Shown piece after piece: positions 23,030-36,486 of a stretch of 64,000 nucleotides of DNA. The translations under genes and the position numbers were made by a program. Positions within the stretch are counted from its first letter, which is position 1. The number at the start of each line of letters is the position of its first letter. The notes below the pieces were generated by a model. That model had not been told where the DNA came from and ran no database searches. It was given only the letters and a program-made list of their open reading frames with translations. The stretch is from Hydrolagus affinis (Eukaryota), in NCBI GenBank assembly GCA_012026655.1, contig JAAILG010001185.1, forward strand, positions 1-64,000, written 5' to 3'.

Positions 23030-23313
23030 AATTAATAATAAAATAATAATCCTTGCATTTGATATAGTGCGACATTGAGACGTCTCAAAGCGCTTCACAG
23101 GATTTATTATGAAGTAGATTGACCATGCAATTGGGAGCTTGACAAGTTGAACATTTGACCGATTCACCTGATTGAGTTTTTCACACCTTCCAGCCTGCTG
23201 CCTCAGCTTTACAAAAATAATAATAATAATCCTTGCATTCGATATAGTGCTTTTCACGTCTTGTAGACATCTCAAAGAGCTTCACAGAATATACTGTAAA
23301 ATGAATTGACTGT
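23030..23313 (-). mobile_element. Two adjacent SINE 3' tails (23030-23125, 23215-23313)
   Basis: Both begin aataataatccttgcatt(t/c)gatatagtgc...tctcaaag.gcttcacag. Confidence 0.8.
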
Positions 23314-26300
23314 AATGAATCCCTAAAAGGAATATAATTTGGTCCCGGTATAAATAAAGCATTGTCGTGGACCAAAAAGATCTGGTCCATGATGGAGGCA
23401 AAGAAGGAAATAAGTGGAAATAAATCAAATAAATTAGTGAAAAGTAAGTGCTTTTTTATATAAAGATCTTTATGATTAATCTTTTTTTGGGGGATGGGGG
23501 GGTGTCAGTCAGGTGTCTGTCACATGTAGAAACCCATCACAACAACAACAACTTGCAGTTATATAGCACCCTCCACAGCATCGCAGAGCACTTCAGAATA
23601 TCAAAGCAAACTGAGAATTCCGCGCATGCCACCTATGCATGTGTAATTAAAAAAAATATTTCTCACCTACAAGACATAAAGAACTCTGTGCAAACTTATA
23701 GGATGAAGATTTGATGCAGAAGTGTGATTTCTTTCTTTGTTCTCAAAGTATACAACCAACTTGATAAAGAAAATCGTATTTAAAATACCGTTTGTGCAAT
23801 ATTTTGAATGCATTTTGTTGTATGCATTTTAACTTTTTTTTAAAAAATGTTCTGAAGTGTGGCTGCCTTTCAACCATTGTTTTTGTGCAGTTTGATTCAG
23901 TAGCTGCATTGATTCACAACAGTGTCCCTTTTAATTATAGTAGCATGACCGTAACATTCTTCAATTTACTGTGTCCTTCAATACAAATTATTTATAGCTC
24001 CCTTACCAATTAAAAAAAACTTAAAGCACTCTCTCTGTAAAGACAACTCATTGTAAATGTAGGTTTATTTGTACAGTTGCATAGTTGTGTTCTGTGTATA
24101 GAGCATCGGATAAGACTGGCATCACTGTGACATCACTGTGCTAACAGATTAATGCGATATCAGTTCAAATTGTTTATAAACCAAACTTTGCAATCCTCAT
24201 GCCAACCTGGCTGAAAAATAAACTTATTTCTATTCATGTTGGTGCCATACAATGTTTACCAAAAGGATATTCTTTCCACTGCTGAATGCATTCAAATTTG
24301 AGAAGTGTGTGTGTGTAAGTAGGGAATGTGCCTTCATTTACAGTATATTTGGATAAAATAAAACATACAATAGCGTTATTTGTTTTAGTTTAGTGTTGAA
24401 ATCTGTTTCCAATATTTTACGGGTTAGACAAAGTCAAGATAATCATCAATTTTACTTGCAGAATAAAAGTGTTCTCTGTTCTCTTAAGACTGCCAGAAGA
24501 CCTATGTCTACTTTAGCACAAGCCCTTGATATTGCTGACTGTGTCTCCAAAGTCTCTACCTAGTCAAAGGATTTAGTGCAGGATTTACTCAGAGTAGATC
24601 AGCCATTACATTTGTTAGAAATGACTCCATTCTTAAGCAGAGTTTCCAGCATTATTGTTTGTTAAACTTTAAATGCAGTGGCTCAAATTGCATGGAGGAA
24701 TTTATCATATACAGCATTTTCCCAGTTAATGGGAAAAGTGTTCAGTAGCTAAGCTAAGTTGTCTAGGAGAGGACTGGAAAGTTTATTTTGTTGTCGTGTA
24801 GAAGTATTGTTGCCAATGTGAATTTTAGGAAAACTTATTTTTGTAAAACGAGAAGTGTGGAACTGAGAGATTAGATCTGTACAAAACCATACAGTGCTCC
24901 CTTTCCTATGAAGCTGTTCTAAGTCTCAATATAAAAAGTTGGCAAAAACTTCTTAGTTGGATTCTTGTTAGAGTTATTCTATGGAGAAACAAGAACCGTG
25001 AAGCTCGAGCCTTGCTTCAGACAAATCCTGCCATCATCTCTGCCTCCTGTGCACACGTCATTCAGTAAAGCATGCCTATGCGTTATTCTCTGCTTGCTTT
25101 CCATCATTGCAACCAATTCACCTTCTCAACATACTGCTTCTTTTCAGTTTTCAGAAAGGAAAATATGGCAACACACCAGAACCATCTCATTTGTAGATTG
25201 TTGGGCTGGTCTTTCACTCTTAAATCTTCCTCTAAAGAGAAAGGTTTGCAGTAAAAAGGTGCACTTTGCTTGCGGGCAAATGATTAAGCTTTCCTCCCTG
25301 TTGGTTTCTTTCCCAAATGATCCAGCAGTTGCAGAAAATGGAAAGTGCTATGGTTTTGAGTTACATGCATCAAGCTTTAAAATAAAATTAAGTGCCATAT
25401 TTCACGATTTTGTGGAATTTGCCTTGCTTGAAACCTTCTTGCAAACCAGTTACCTTGATTAAAACGACAGAGATGGATAGTGTTTGCATTCCATTCAAAG
25501 TTCCTTTCTTGTGCGGAAACTATTTTAAGTGCTAGTCCACTTGGACATATGTTTGAAAATTCATCCAAAACTAAAGACTACACCAACATCCTCCATTGCT
25601 TTAAATAAGATCTCAACTTGAATTATTGGTTTCTCCCTCAAGTATTTTTTGTCCTTTGATAAACGCCACAGCTCAAAAATCACGTAAACTGCTTCAAGTT
25701 ACGTACCTTATTATAATTAAAAACCTTTGAAAAACAGTCAAACCACCTTACTTTTATTAATGTCATCCAACACTTAATGAAGTGAGCAATAAGAGTATTA
25801 CAGTGGCCTCTGTGTAACCCTAATGTTGAGTCTCTCTGCTTGTCTGCTGATGGAGAAGCAGTGGGTTTATTTTATACCTAAGGCAACCTGAACACAAAGC
25901 TTGAATATTACTTTATGAAAGAAACATGGGTAGAATTCTAATAATAATCAGAGGCGTTTGTCTACAAAACACGCAGTCGTATCACATTACAGTAAATGCT
26001 GTAAAGCGCTTTGAAAAGGCCTCTTGATATAAATAGCCCAGTGTTGAATATGAGGACTATTTTTAATAGTAATTATTGGATGTTAATGAATTTTTTTAAA
26101 AAAAATCTTACCTGTTATGAAATGATGCAATACAATTTATTTGCACTATTAATACTCAGGAAATATTAACAGCTGTATTATATGACGTACAACAGAGCCC
26201 GCACAACATATACAAAATGCACTATTGGGGTTTATGTTTAGCTTTTGGTTGCATCATTGTAATGAGTTTATTGCAAGCGAATATTGTAATGCAACCAGCA

Positions 26301-27469
26301 TATGAAAATATAGTTTGTGTGAATGTAGCTCATGTGATTTTTTTTAAAGAATGCTGTACTTTACATATCTGAATTAGTGCCTGTCAGATACAGCTCTAGG
26401 GAATCTCTACTGTACCATTCAAATTCTGCTCAGTTTTTCCATCGTTCACCAAGACAATATGCGTGCTGTAAGACCAACAGGATCACTTTTGTTTGCTGTC
26501 TTACCACTACAGCTAGTAAAAATGGAACTCTAGTGACCTCTACTGATAATGTAAATGTACATCAACATTTTCAAGTACAATTGGGATTATTAAATGATGC
26601 AATTTTAAATAACCTATAGACAGAAGCCTAAGCTTTTACAATCTCCCAATCAATTGCTGGTCTTTATCTGAGACAAAAGCTAGAGTTGATTTACATACGT
26701 ATTAGCATATTTTATATTATTCTTTACACAAACATCTGTTTTAGGATTACATTTATTAACCCAGCGTTGATGAATGCTACATTAAAATGTTAATCACAAA
26801 CGCTGCCCGTAGTTTTGAAAAATTGTATTTTCCCAACAAAATTATTTTAATTTACAAAAAATAAATCTTGGCATTTGTTGCAAACAATAAATTAATAATT
26901 AAGCAGTGGAAATTCTAATCCAGGAATCACTCTCAGGAATCCAGGAATCACTGATCTTTTTATGATCAATTTGAACTCGCCAAATCTTTTCCTTATGAAT
27001 CTGCTATTTGCTGCTTTATCAATATCATTCTGAAGATAACTTCAAATGCTGATGATTATAAATAGCAATTTATTTCATTGCATATATATAATAGATTTCC
27101 CGGTTTCCTATTACTGTATAAAGATGTAGCAAAGCGATTGCTAGTTTTAGCAATCAGCAAACGATACTGTAGGCCCAAAGTCACTAATGAATCTATTCCT
27201 TGACAAGGGACAATAGAAGTCACATAACATATGGCTGGCAACACCAGCAAGAATTGATGGGGTTTTTTAAAAAAAATCCTGTGTCTTAATGATTACCTCA
27301 AAAGCTAAAGGACTCATTCCATTGTTTCTTGATATAATTAGAGTGCATTTTATTCCACATCTTTTTCAAACTGCCACAGCATCACATTAAAGGCCCTGGA
27401 TGCTCAGAAATTGCTTACGTTGCAAGCTCCCAATTCCTGTTAACAAAAGACTGATGATTTGGGGACTCT

Positions 27470-27885
27470 AATCATTGGATATGATATCTTCAAGCATATG
27501 GCGACTAACGTCAAAATGTCTCAAAGCCTTTCACAAGTAATTGCTATCAAATATGGTAACTGTATCTTTGCGGACAAGTGCACCAGTCAATTTGTGCACA
27601 GCAAGACCCCACGTGGCTAAGAAATGAATGACCAATTTATCTCACAGGACAGACACCAGGAGAAATTCTCTTTTCTTTTCAAATAATGCCACAGGAATCT
27701 TTGACTTGAACACCTGAACAGGCAGATGGCACCTCTGTTTAATAGCGCTGTACTGGATCTCCAGCCTATACTGTGAGCTCAAGTCCCAATCTGTCCCCCA
27801 GGTTGCCATGGCTGCTCCCTGTACCTTTGGGGCTGGTGCCAAAATCTTCTGACCCAGAGGCAAGAGCACTACCAACTGAGCCACG
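27470..27885 (-). mobile_element. Near full-length tRNA-headed Deu-domain SINE
   Basis: Tail, Deu domain (caatttgtgcacagcaagaccccac...aatgaatgacca), body, and head (cttctgacccagaggcaagagcactaccaactgagccac). Confidence 0.75.
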
Positions 27886-29956
27886 CCAACGCGTGCAGCC
27901 TCATGTTCGCGGCAATATATTTTGCTGTGACACATAATGGAAGGATACAGCTTCACTCTCATCAATCTCCACATTGTTAGTTTCAGATTTGGGTCATGTC
28001 ACCTTGGTGAGACATCAAGTGGAGCCTCGGAACTGCCCCAAGAGGCGTTGGGAGCAGCAGTGGCAGAACCTGGGGGCTGGTGTCCTATTCATCCTTTCAA
28101 ATAGAAATCAGGTATATCCTGTACATAGCATTGCATGGAAAAGATGTCACTTTGTCCTCTTAGATCTGAGCTGTTATATAAATACTGTGTAAAGAATCTA
28201 TCCTAATGTTTATTAATTATTACAAAATAGTGCCTGGCTACAATGTAGGGGCTTAAAATTCCATGAAAATTTAAGCTTTAAGTTAAAAAGTTAAAACAGA
28301 TAGTTTTGCTCAAACTTAATCAATTTTCTTCTTCTTATAGATATTGCTTGAAAAATTTGAAGCTGAAAACTAGTGAAAGCAGGAACAGTGAGATCAAGTG
28401 ACTGAATTTTAGGAAAAACAACAGTTAACACCCCGATCCCTTCTGGTGCAACAGCTTGTTTAATTTGTGCTGATTTGCTACACAGGGATGTGTCACCAGT
28501 TTGAAGTTTGTTTGTCTTTGTTAGCTGTTGCCATTTGGGGGACATTGCTGTGTGCAAATTGGCTGTCGGATAAACCAACAAAATTTAAGACACTACACTT
28601 TACAATAAAATCCTTTTGAAGCTCTTTGAGACGTCCATCTGACATAAAAAGGCCCTTTATCAAATGTAAGGATTCTTCTTCCTTCATGGGGATGCTCATA
28701 GTGGGAAAAAAAACAATTTGGCTGGACAATAGCCTTCCTGCAGAAGGCACTTATTATTGTCAAAGAAAAGGAAGTAGAGGATATGTCAGACTAGCTGTCA
28801 CAGTCTCACACATGGGCCACATGAAGGCGAACGAAAGAATTTGTGAAATGCTTAGTGAAGGCTGAAAACTCTGCAGCCCCAAGTAAAGGCACACAAAACC
28901 AATACCAGGGAAGTACAGAGCTGTGCTACTGGCTGAGAGCATTTGTGATAAGAACACAATCATAGGTATGAAGTGCTCCCATACTCATAGTAAGAGGTTT
29001 GTGACAACTGTCATAGCCAGGTTCACATGCAACATCTGTGCAAACAGAAGTCCTTCAAGAGGATTAGGCAAAAAATGTACTTGCTGAGCAGGGATAAGGA
29101 TTCAGTTTATTTGAAATAACAAAGATGAAAAGCCTTTGGACCGAAAGCTTAATGTACAACTTCTCACTATTCTGATATATAGAGCACACTTATCCCCACT
29201 GTAAATTCAGTTTGCGTCAATCCAGACAAAATAATTTTGAGGGCAGCAGAAAATAAACAGTGGGATAAGTGATCCAGAATTTTACATCCATCTTGGATGT
29301 CAACGTAGCCAAGTGGTTCTGATGAGGTAAGCAAAGGAGAGCCACAATGTGCGGAAACAGCATTACATCCTACAAAATTAGCTTGAAGATTGGCTGTTCG
29401 TAAAATTGACTGCTGGCTCCAAAATGTATTCAGTACGACTTAAAGTTGTAAAGGCTGGTATGTATTTCTGCCCAAACCCTTAACAACAGTACACAGATCA
29501 GAGCCCAGATCACTTTGAAAAGGGGCTTGAATTCAAGGCAGCCTCGTTGGAATTAATATTGCACTTTCACTCTCCCGCTGTCTGCAAACCTATCATGCAT
29601 AGTTGTTACCCATGAGCGCATTCTCTCCGTATTTTCATCGTGACGAGCATAAAATGTTTTTAAGAAGATGAGTGCTTTGAAATTTTTGCTGCAGAAGTGG
29701 TAATTTGCCTCTTTTCAGCAGCTGTAGCAAAATTATTTTTTTTTAACCCAAACTACAGGAATGAGGTAATTTAAAATAATATTCCAAGCCGAATCAAACC
29801 CTGTAACTACAGGAGGATAGCAATTTTCACATACCTTTTTCAATCAGGTGATGCTTAGTGTGCAAAACACCCAGCCACGAGCGACAGTACAAGTCAAACA
29901 TCAGCAGTTTATAACCTAGGTATGGTTCCAATCTTGGGGTCACAGTAAAAAAATGC

Positions 29957-30130
29957 AATAATAATCCTTTCATTTGATGCAGCACTTTTCGTGTCAGGAG
30001 GGCATCTCAAAGCATTTCACAGGATTTACTGTAAATACAATTTTTATTTGTGAAAAAAATGTTTGCGAGTGTGTATTTTGTAGGCACACATGGCAACCAG
30101 TTTGCACCCCGCAAAGCCCCCAAACAGAAC
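29957..30130 (-). mobile_element. SINE tail and Deu domain
   Basis: aataataatcctttcatttgatgcagcac...ggcaaccagtttgcacc.cgcaaagccccc. Confidence 0.7.
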
Positions 30131-30292
30131 AAAGTGAACACCTCAATCTACTTACACTCATGTACATCCTTCCCAGATAAGAACGTGATTGCCATTCAAA
30201 CCATCAAGCTCATTATTCCCTTCTGAAGTCTCGTACAGTTTTACTTTACTGCAGCTGGTAAATCTCCTTAGGTGAAGCTCTGGATAAAGACT

Positions 30293-30670
30293 ACAACAAC
30301 AACAACAAATTACATTTATAGAGCGCCTTTCACGTCGGGAGGACGTCCCAAGGCGCTGCACGGGGGGAGTGTGACCCGAGCTGGGAGGGAGTGTTCNNNN
30401 NNNNNNNNNNNNNNNNNNNNNNNNNNNNNNNNNNNNNNNNNNNNNNNNNNNNNNNNNNNNNNNNNNNNNNNNNNNNNNNNNNNNNNNNNNNNNNNNGGCC
30501 TCCGATGGTGGGACGGTTCGGGAGGGGGGCTTGGAGCAGGCCGAGTCCTGCTGAACGGAGGGTCCGGGTGGGCTTGTAGGGGGAGAGTAGATTGGTTAAA
30601 TAGGGCGGGGCAAGGCCGTGTAAGGCCTTGAAGGTGAGGACGAGGATCTTGAACTCGATCCTCTGGATCT
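30293..30670 (-). mobile_element. Young-looking (CpG-retaining) L2 LINE 3' fragment spanning an assembly gap
   Basis: (CAA)n tail at 30293; ccttgaaggtgaggacgaggatcttgaactcgatcctctgg (QRIEFKILVLTFK on minus). Confidence 0.85.
30397..30496. other. Assembly gap (100 N)
   Basis: Run of n. Confidence 0.99.
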
Positions 30671-31039
30671 ATATACTATATACTGTACTGAGCAATCAGA
30701 TTCATGCTGTGGTTCCATTTCACAATTGCTGTGGTTCAGGCACCTCACCCAGTGACCATTCCTCATGTATGAGCCCAGACAGTCCACATTAGCAAGCCAC
30801 AGTAGAATACCTCTGTAAGCCAAGGAAGTCTATCAAATTTCAACCAACTTGCAATGGAGTTGTGGCGTCATTGATGACATGAGGCAGGCTGGTGTGTGCA
30901 TTCCAGCCTACTCTGGGTCCACGAGGCACCTTGTTTTTGCTTATGCTGTATTCATCCATGCTAGGAATTACAATCAAGTCTAGCCCTGTCTACTTATGTG
31001 CAGGGATAAGTAACTCAACAGCAATCAGGAATTGGAACC

Positions 31040-31362
31040 TCTCTAACCTCCTCCCTCCACAAAGCAGTACACGCTCCCTCTGCTCTACTGGGTCTAGCCT
31101 CCCTCTTGTTCCCCAAATCGTCCACTACATCATTGCTGGCCGTGCTTTCAGCCACTAGGCCCCTAAATTTTGGAACACCCTCCCTCAACTCCTTCATCTC
31201 ACCCTCTCCTTTCCCATCTTCAGGTAACACCCAAAGACCCTTCTTTTCTACCGTGCTTATGGTCACCGTCCCTCTCCCCTTGGCTCGGCCTCTGGCTCCG
31301 CCTCTTTGAAGCACTCTGAGACGCCACCCGGCGTGGAGGACGCTATAAAAATGCAAGTTGCT
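31040..31362 (+). mobile_element. L2 LINE 3' fragment
   Basis: RSLCSTGSSLPLVP...AGRAFSH; tail gctataaaaatgcaagttg. Confidence 0.8.
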
Positions 31363-31421
31363 ATTCTTGGAACTCTGCCTGGTTTTCCCCAACAATCAGG
31401 AGAAGTGCACCAATTATAATA

Positions 31422-32186
31422 GAGTAAAAGCTTGGTTATCCGGCACTGAACTAACCAGAACGCTCAACCAATTGGTATCTCCCGGTACAATTCACCATTC
31501 CAGCAACCGGATCTCATAGCAGAGCCATCCGCCACACTCCTGGTATGTGCGCATGCATGTGCTTATTAAACTTACCGAACGCTGGAATGCTTTTTACTTT
31601 ACCGATCATTTTACCGAGTGCACTGGAATGCTTTATTGATAAGTATCCAGGAACGGCGCAAAGGTATTTGGCATCCTAGGCGGGCCTTCAGATGTGCACC
31701 CCCTAGTAACTTTTGATAAGTTAATGTTAATACTACTTACTGCTGTTCACTGCGTTTATGTTTGTGTAGTCTGTTTAAAAGCACACTATCCCGCGCACTA
31801 CATAGTGCGCTTAAAACGGTGTGTGTGTGTGTATATATACTGCTTGTTCAACTTACTGCTAACTTCCACGTCTCCGCCACTATACGCCAGCAGATGACAG
31901 CAGTAATTTTTGCGCCCGCAGCAAAACGTACGTGCTCTGTAACCAGGGCCGGTGCCCCCCAAATTTTGGCGCCCTAGGTGACCGCCTAGTTCGCCTAAAG
32001 ATAGTGCCAGCCTTGTAAGTATCCATACAATATTCTGTTATTATTTAGTCTATTGTTAATATATGTTTTAAAATAAGTTAATTTTTTGTGTAGGATTTTC
32101 GGCAAATTGCCGCTCGAATAGCCAGCATATTTGATTAGCCGGCACCGGTCTGGTCCCGAGGTTGCCAGATAACAAAGCTTTTACTG
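31422..32186. mobile_element. Non-autonomous Tc1/mariner (Tigger/pogo-like) DNA transposon
   Basis: TIRs of about 25 bp: gagtaaaagcttggttatccggcac vs reverse complement cagtaaaagctttgttatctggcaac; TA on both sides (31420-21, 32187-88). Confidence 0.8.
31648..32015. mobile_element. Non-autonomous hAT-like element nested in the Tigger-like MITE
   Basis: Perfect 8-bp TSD taagtatc (31640-31647, 32016-32023); degenerate TIRs caggaacggcgc / gtgccagccttg; subterminal ccctagg/gccta motifs. Confidence 0.8.
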
Positions 32187-32199
32187 TATTTGATTGTTT

Positions 32200-32340
32200 C
32201 TGAGTGCAACTGGTTGCCGCGTTTCACTCACAAAATACACAGTCAACTCGTTTTACAGTATATTCTGTGAAGTGCTTTGAGACGTCTCGAAGACATGAAA
32301 AAAAGCACTATATCAAATGTAAGGATTATTATTATTATTC
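32200..32340 (+). mobile_element. SINE Deu 3' part and tail
   Basis: tggttgccgcgtttc...tgtgaagtgctttgagacg...ctatatcaaatgtaaggattattattatt. Confidence 0.8.
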
Positions 32341-35300
32341 TGCAGCACCTCCTACCCTTTCATAAATATTTCCATTATATTGTAAATTTGAGGTGATTTA
32401 TAATGGCCATTAAGCACTTTTCACACCTTGAAACATTAGCCACGTGTGGTAATACTAATACGAGGTAAAATAAAACTCCTATCAAGTGTTTGGTTTGTAC
32501 TGCACAGGGAATAATTAAATTAAAATGACGTAAGGACAATAGTGTGAGTGTACAAAACATTGCATTAAAATATTACAACAGGTGACATTTGACAATATTG
32601 CATTATCCAATCAATATATTAATGGGCCTTTATTTACCTTTCGAAATGAAAGTAGATACTAAGTGGGTTCCACTGTTTCATATACTTTAATTGATTATTA
32701 TTTTAGGCTGTGGTATTCTGGTTTGAACAATTTAATACCGTTCATGTTTTTACATGAAGTAAGCTGCACCTCTCTCTTGAGATTCTTGTCTGCAATCTTG
32801 AAAATCTCATTAGCAGGGATTAAAGTTACAAAAAAATTGAGGACCAGCACAGTCCCTAAAACTGTACATCTCAATAACTTGTCAGGGAGTTGATTCAGAT
32901 TTCCAGCCTCATGGCTATTGGAATTCTCAATATTCCAACAGTAATTCAATTGTAACAGTACAGGTAAGCAATACTGTAGCAGAGAGTCAGCCCCAGAGAG
33001 GCACTCATTCCTTGGTGCCTTTCCCATCTGCCAGTTGTAAAGCGCATTTGGATTCTTTTAATGTTCATATGGCTAATGAGTCATGAAGTTGGTAATGAAA
33101 TTAAGGTAAACTATTCAATAGAATGTTTGGGTTGAGCCGCATCTGGCAAATGAGACACATACGAGTCTGGATCCTAGTGGCCAAATAAATTATCCGAACG
33201 GCAGACCATCAAAGAATAAAAGGGTGTTAAGTGGTTCATCTCCCTTTCTTTTGCTTACCAAATGACTATTGTTGTTTGCTTTCCACCATACTGTTGGCAG
33301 CAGCAAACTGCAAGACGTGTCCAGTATCTTCAAAAACACACACTGTCTCCTAATACAATCTAACCTGCTCCCTAATAAGACCATATTCACTGGCCAACCT
33401 GTCGATTACACAGAAGGGCAAGCACCAGTTCATAAAGAGAACACTCTCTGATGATTCCATTCATAGTGTGCTTGTATTGACAAAACTAGCTATTTAGCAG
33501 CACTCAAAACTAAGACCTAACTTGAAAGTTCTGTGAATAGCATATCTCTAATGTTGGGAGTTGGAGCTGTTTAAAACCTTTCCCCTTTAAAAGGTTTCTA
33601 TTACACATTGCTCTTCTGCTGGAACTGATATACAGTAGCTTTGCTTCTAGAAGTAAAATGTGGCTTGAATGGCCTTCATTTCCTTTTCACTTGTTGTAAC
33701 CAGTACCTGTACTTTGCAGAATGCATGTGAAAAGAAATTATACAGTTTACACATTATAGATAGGAAAAAAAAGGAACACTTTTTTCTTTTCCTATAGTGT
33801 AAAACTAGATAAAATCACATTCTCCTAGATTTTATTGTGGTCATTATAGCGATCATTTTGCACAACTGTGTCTGCCATCTCACATTCTTTATCTGTTTAC
33901 TTGAGCGTACATAACTCATTATCTCCTAGTACTGTCCATCATTATCTCCTTTCTGCCCATGCAATCTACCAGCCTTGGCTCACCGCTGTGCTGCCAGTAC
34001 CAACCCCAGCAATTCCTTTAATCCTATCAGTACTATTTTATGTGGATATTATAATTCACAATTTATTTTAAACACAAAGCCAACAACTTTGCACTCATCA
34101 GACCAACATGAATCATATTTTGGACAGTTCTTTCAGCGCCAATCCTTGAGATAACGTGCAAGTTATTTGGAACGGTTACAGATAGTGATAGCCAGATGGA
34201 CAAGTGGTTGCTTTAGAATCGAGACCTTTCAGGCCTCATTAACAATATGTCCATGTCTGGCAAGGTGTTTAAACTAAGAGGGAAAGTGATAGCAGGCATG
34301 CTCATAATTTTATCTTTTCCATTCTTGTTAGGCTTTTCCTCTCATGTGGTACACTGAGAAGATCAAATGTGCTGTGAAGTTAATGCACAAGCAGTAACTA
34401 CCTATGTGTTCTGTTAAGGTGATATTTCTTACATGATCTAAGTAGGTATTTATGATTTTCCCAGTTATAGGTTTGATTGAACTCAACTGTTGAGACCCTC
34501 AATAAGTAGAGGAACTTCAGTCCTTATTAGTTTAGATCTAAATCATACATCTTGTAAAGTAGACTGTGACCTTTGATGTGCTTTGCTTAATGAGACGTTA
34601 ATCTCCATAGATTCCACACAGAATACTTTTGCCCAGTGCAGAAGTGTTATAAACTCACAGTAGAACAGAACTGTGCTAAATGCATTTTGATTTAAATGCG
34701 ATGTTAGAAATTATAGCTGACCTTCCCATAGCACAATATTGAAAACAGTCAAAACATTACACTGTTAAAACATGAATCAAAACCATCACTGCCTGTGGAC
34801 ATATTTTTAAAATTGCTTAGCTGCATGAACGTCCCTTTAGTGCTTGAAGGACTTTAATAAAATTGATTTTCTGTGTATACCTTTTTAGAAGCTATACGCT
34901 TGAAATATGAACCCTTCATTGTTGAAAGTGTTTCATTTTTTTGCCCTGTAGCTAATGATCAAGGGAAATAGTGTGTTCAGAATTCTCCATGGTTGCCATT
35001 TTCATAATTAAATAGTGCTAATAATAGAGCCTTGCAGACTTTAAACAAACTGCTCTTGAAACAGAATGTGGTTTGCGAGTTTCATTTAGAGATGTATGCA
35101 ATTAGAAGTTAATGAATAAGCACACATCAACGATAAGTGTGGCATTTCCACATATTGCATCTTTACAAAAGAACAAATGATGACATTTATTTTCCTTTGA
35201 TTAAAAATTATTACTTAAGTTTCTCTACAGCTTATAATTAAGGAAGCTGAAGTTATTAGCCTTAACTAGTTCGGAGCAGTTTTCCATCATGCAATGTTTT

Positions 35301-36034
35301 AATAATGCACAACGTTCACAATAGCATAAGCTGCGACATAAATCATCTCATTGTTTAGCTGCAACTGTCACGTCACAAATTGTTACAAGTAGATTTCATT
35401 ACACTCTGCAGAAAACTTATACTTAGTTTAGAGTAATATATTGGCACAATTATTACCGTTTTAATGATACACTGGGCAGTCAATCAATTTTCAAGTACTT
35501 TCTTTCCAAAAGTTCAAATATTAAAGCATGATTTCCTATACTTTATTGTTTCTCTCCAGTGTTACACATTTTCTCAGGTGCCTGTCTACCTTCAACACTT
35601 GATACATATAGTACTTGATAAGTCAGTTAATGTAAAACTAAACAAAACATGTATTTGTTGCCCGTAATTGTGAAGTGAAGGATCAAAGCCATTATCCTAT
35701 TAGTTCAAAAAGTTCCAGCTGCAACTCAAATTCATGCCAACCACAGTATATTGATTGCTTGGCGACTGGCTCATATTTAAGTGAAAAATAAAACAAGACA
35801 TTTAAAATATATACTCGGCCTTTCAGTGCACAAAGCGTCTGCTGTTACTCACTAAGGATCACACAGTTCACGCATCCTAATAAACGTAAACAGCCAATCT
35901 TAAATGTAATGCACGTTATATTGCTCAATGCATCCCCTTGTCCGCACACGACTCCTTCTCTCTCTCAATTCCCACCAAAACCCTCAGATTCCACCTTTTC
36001 CCTTCCTGGAGTCAGAGCTGGCATAGATTTTTTT

Positions 36035-36195
36035 TTCCTTGCCTTTGATATAGCGCTTTTCACATATTATTGCCGTCTCAAAGCGCTTCACAGAATATAC
36101 TGTAAAGTGAATTCATTGCATATTTGTGGACGAAATAGGCAGCCAATTGCGCACAGCAGTGTCCCACAAACAGCCGTGGATTGAAATTACCAATT
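36035..36195 (-). mobile_element. SINE tail and Deu domain
   Basis: ccttgcctttgatatagcgcttttcac...ggcagccaattgcgcacagcagtgtcccacaaacagc. Confidence 0.85.
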
Positions 36196-36425
36196 TTTTT
36201 TATTATTGTGATTTTTGGGGGGAGGGTTTATTATTAGGCCTGTGGAGTAAGGAAATTTGCCCAAGGTTTTGCCCCAACCTGCCTGGATTCGAACACCACT
36301 GAGCTACAGGAGCTCCACATAGCTCCACATGGATGTGCTACAAAGCCATTCTACTCTTCTATGTTGAAGATCGCACAGCACTATTCAAGAAGAGAAAGAA
36401 CTTTTTCCGGCTAAGCATTTAAATC

Positions 36426-36486
36426 CTGGGATTTCAGGAGCACAGTTACCATATGGGATCCCGGAAATGGTGCTCCTGAATCCCAG
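36426..36486. repeat. About 60-bp inverted repeat (hairpin or mini-MITE) inside a + strand SINE remnant (36360-36640)
   Basis: ctgggatttcaggagcac...gtgctcctgaatcccag, with gggatccc near the centre. Confidence 0.7.

Noticed and set aside
25030-25120. Minus-strand VNWLQ* followed by GRDD, like a second motif B/C pair
   Set aside because: Only about 26 codons apart (about 44 expected), in different frames, with no motif A; shows that single short motif matches can be chance
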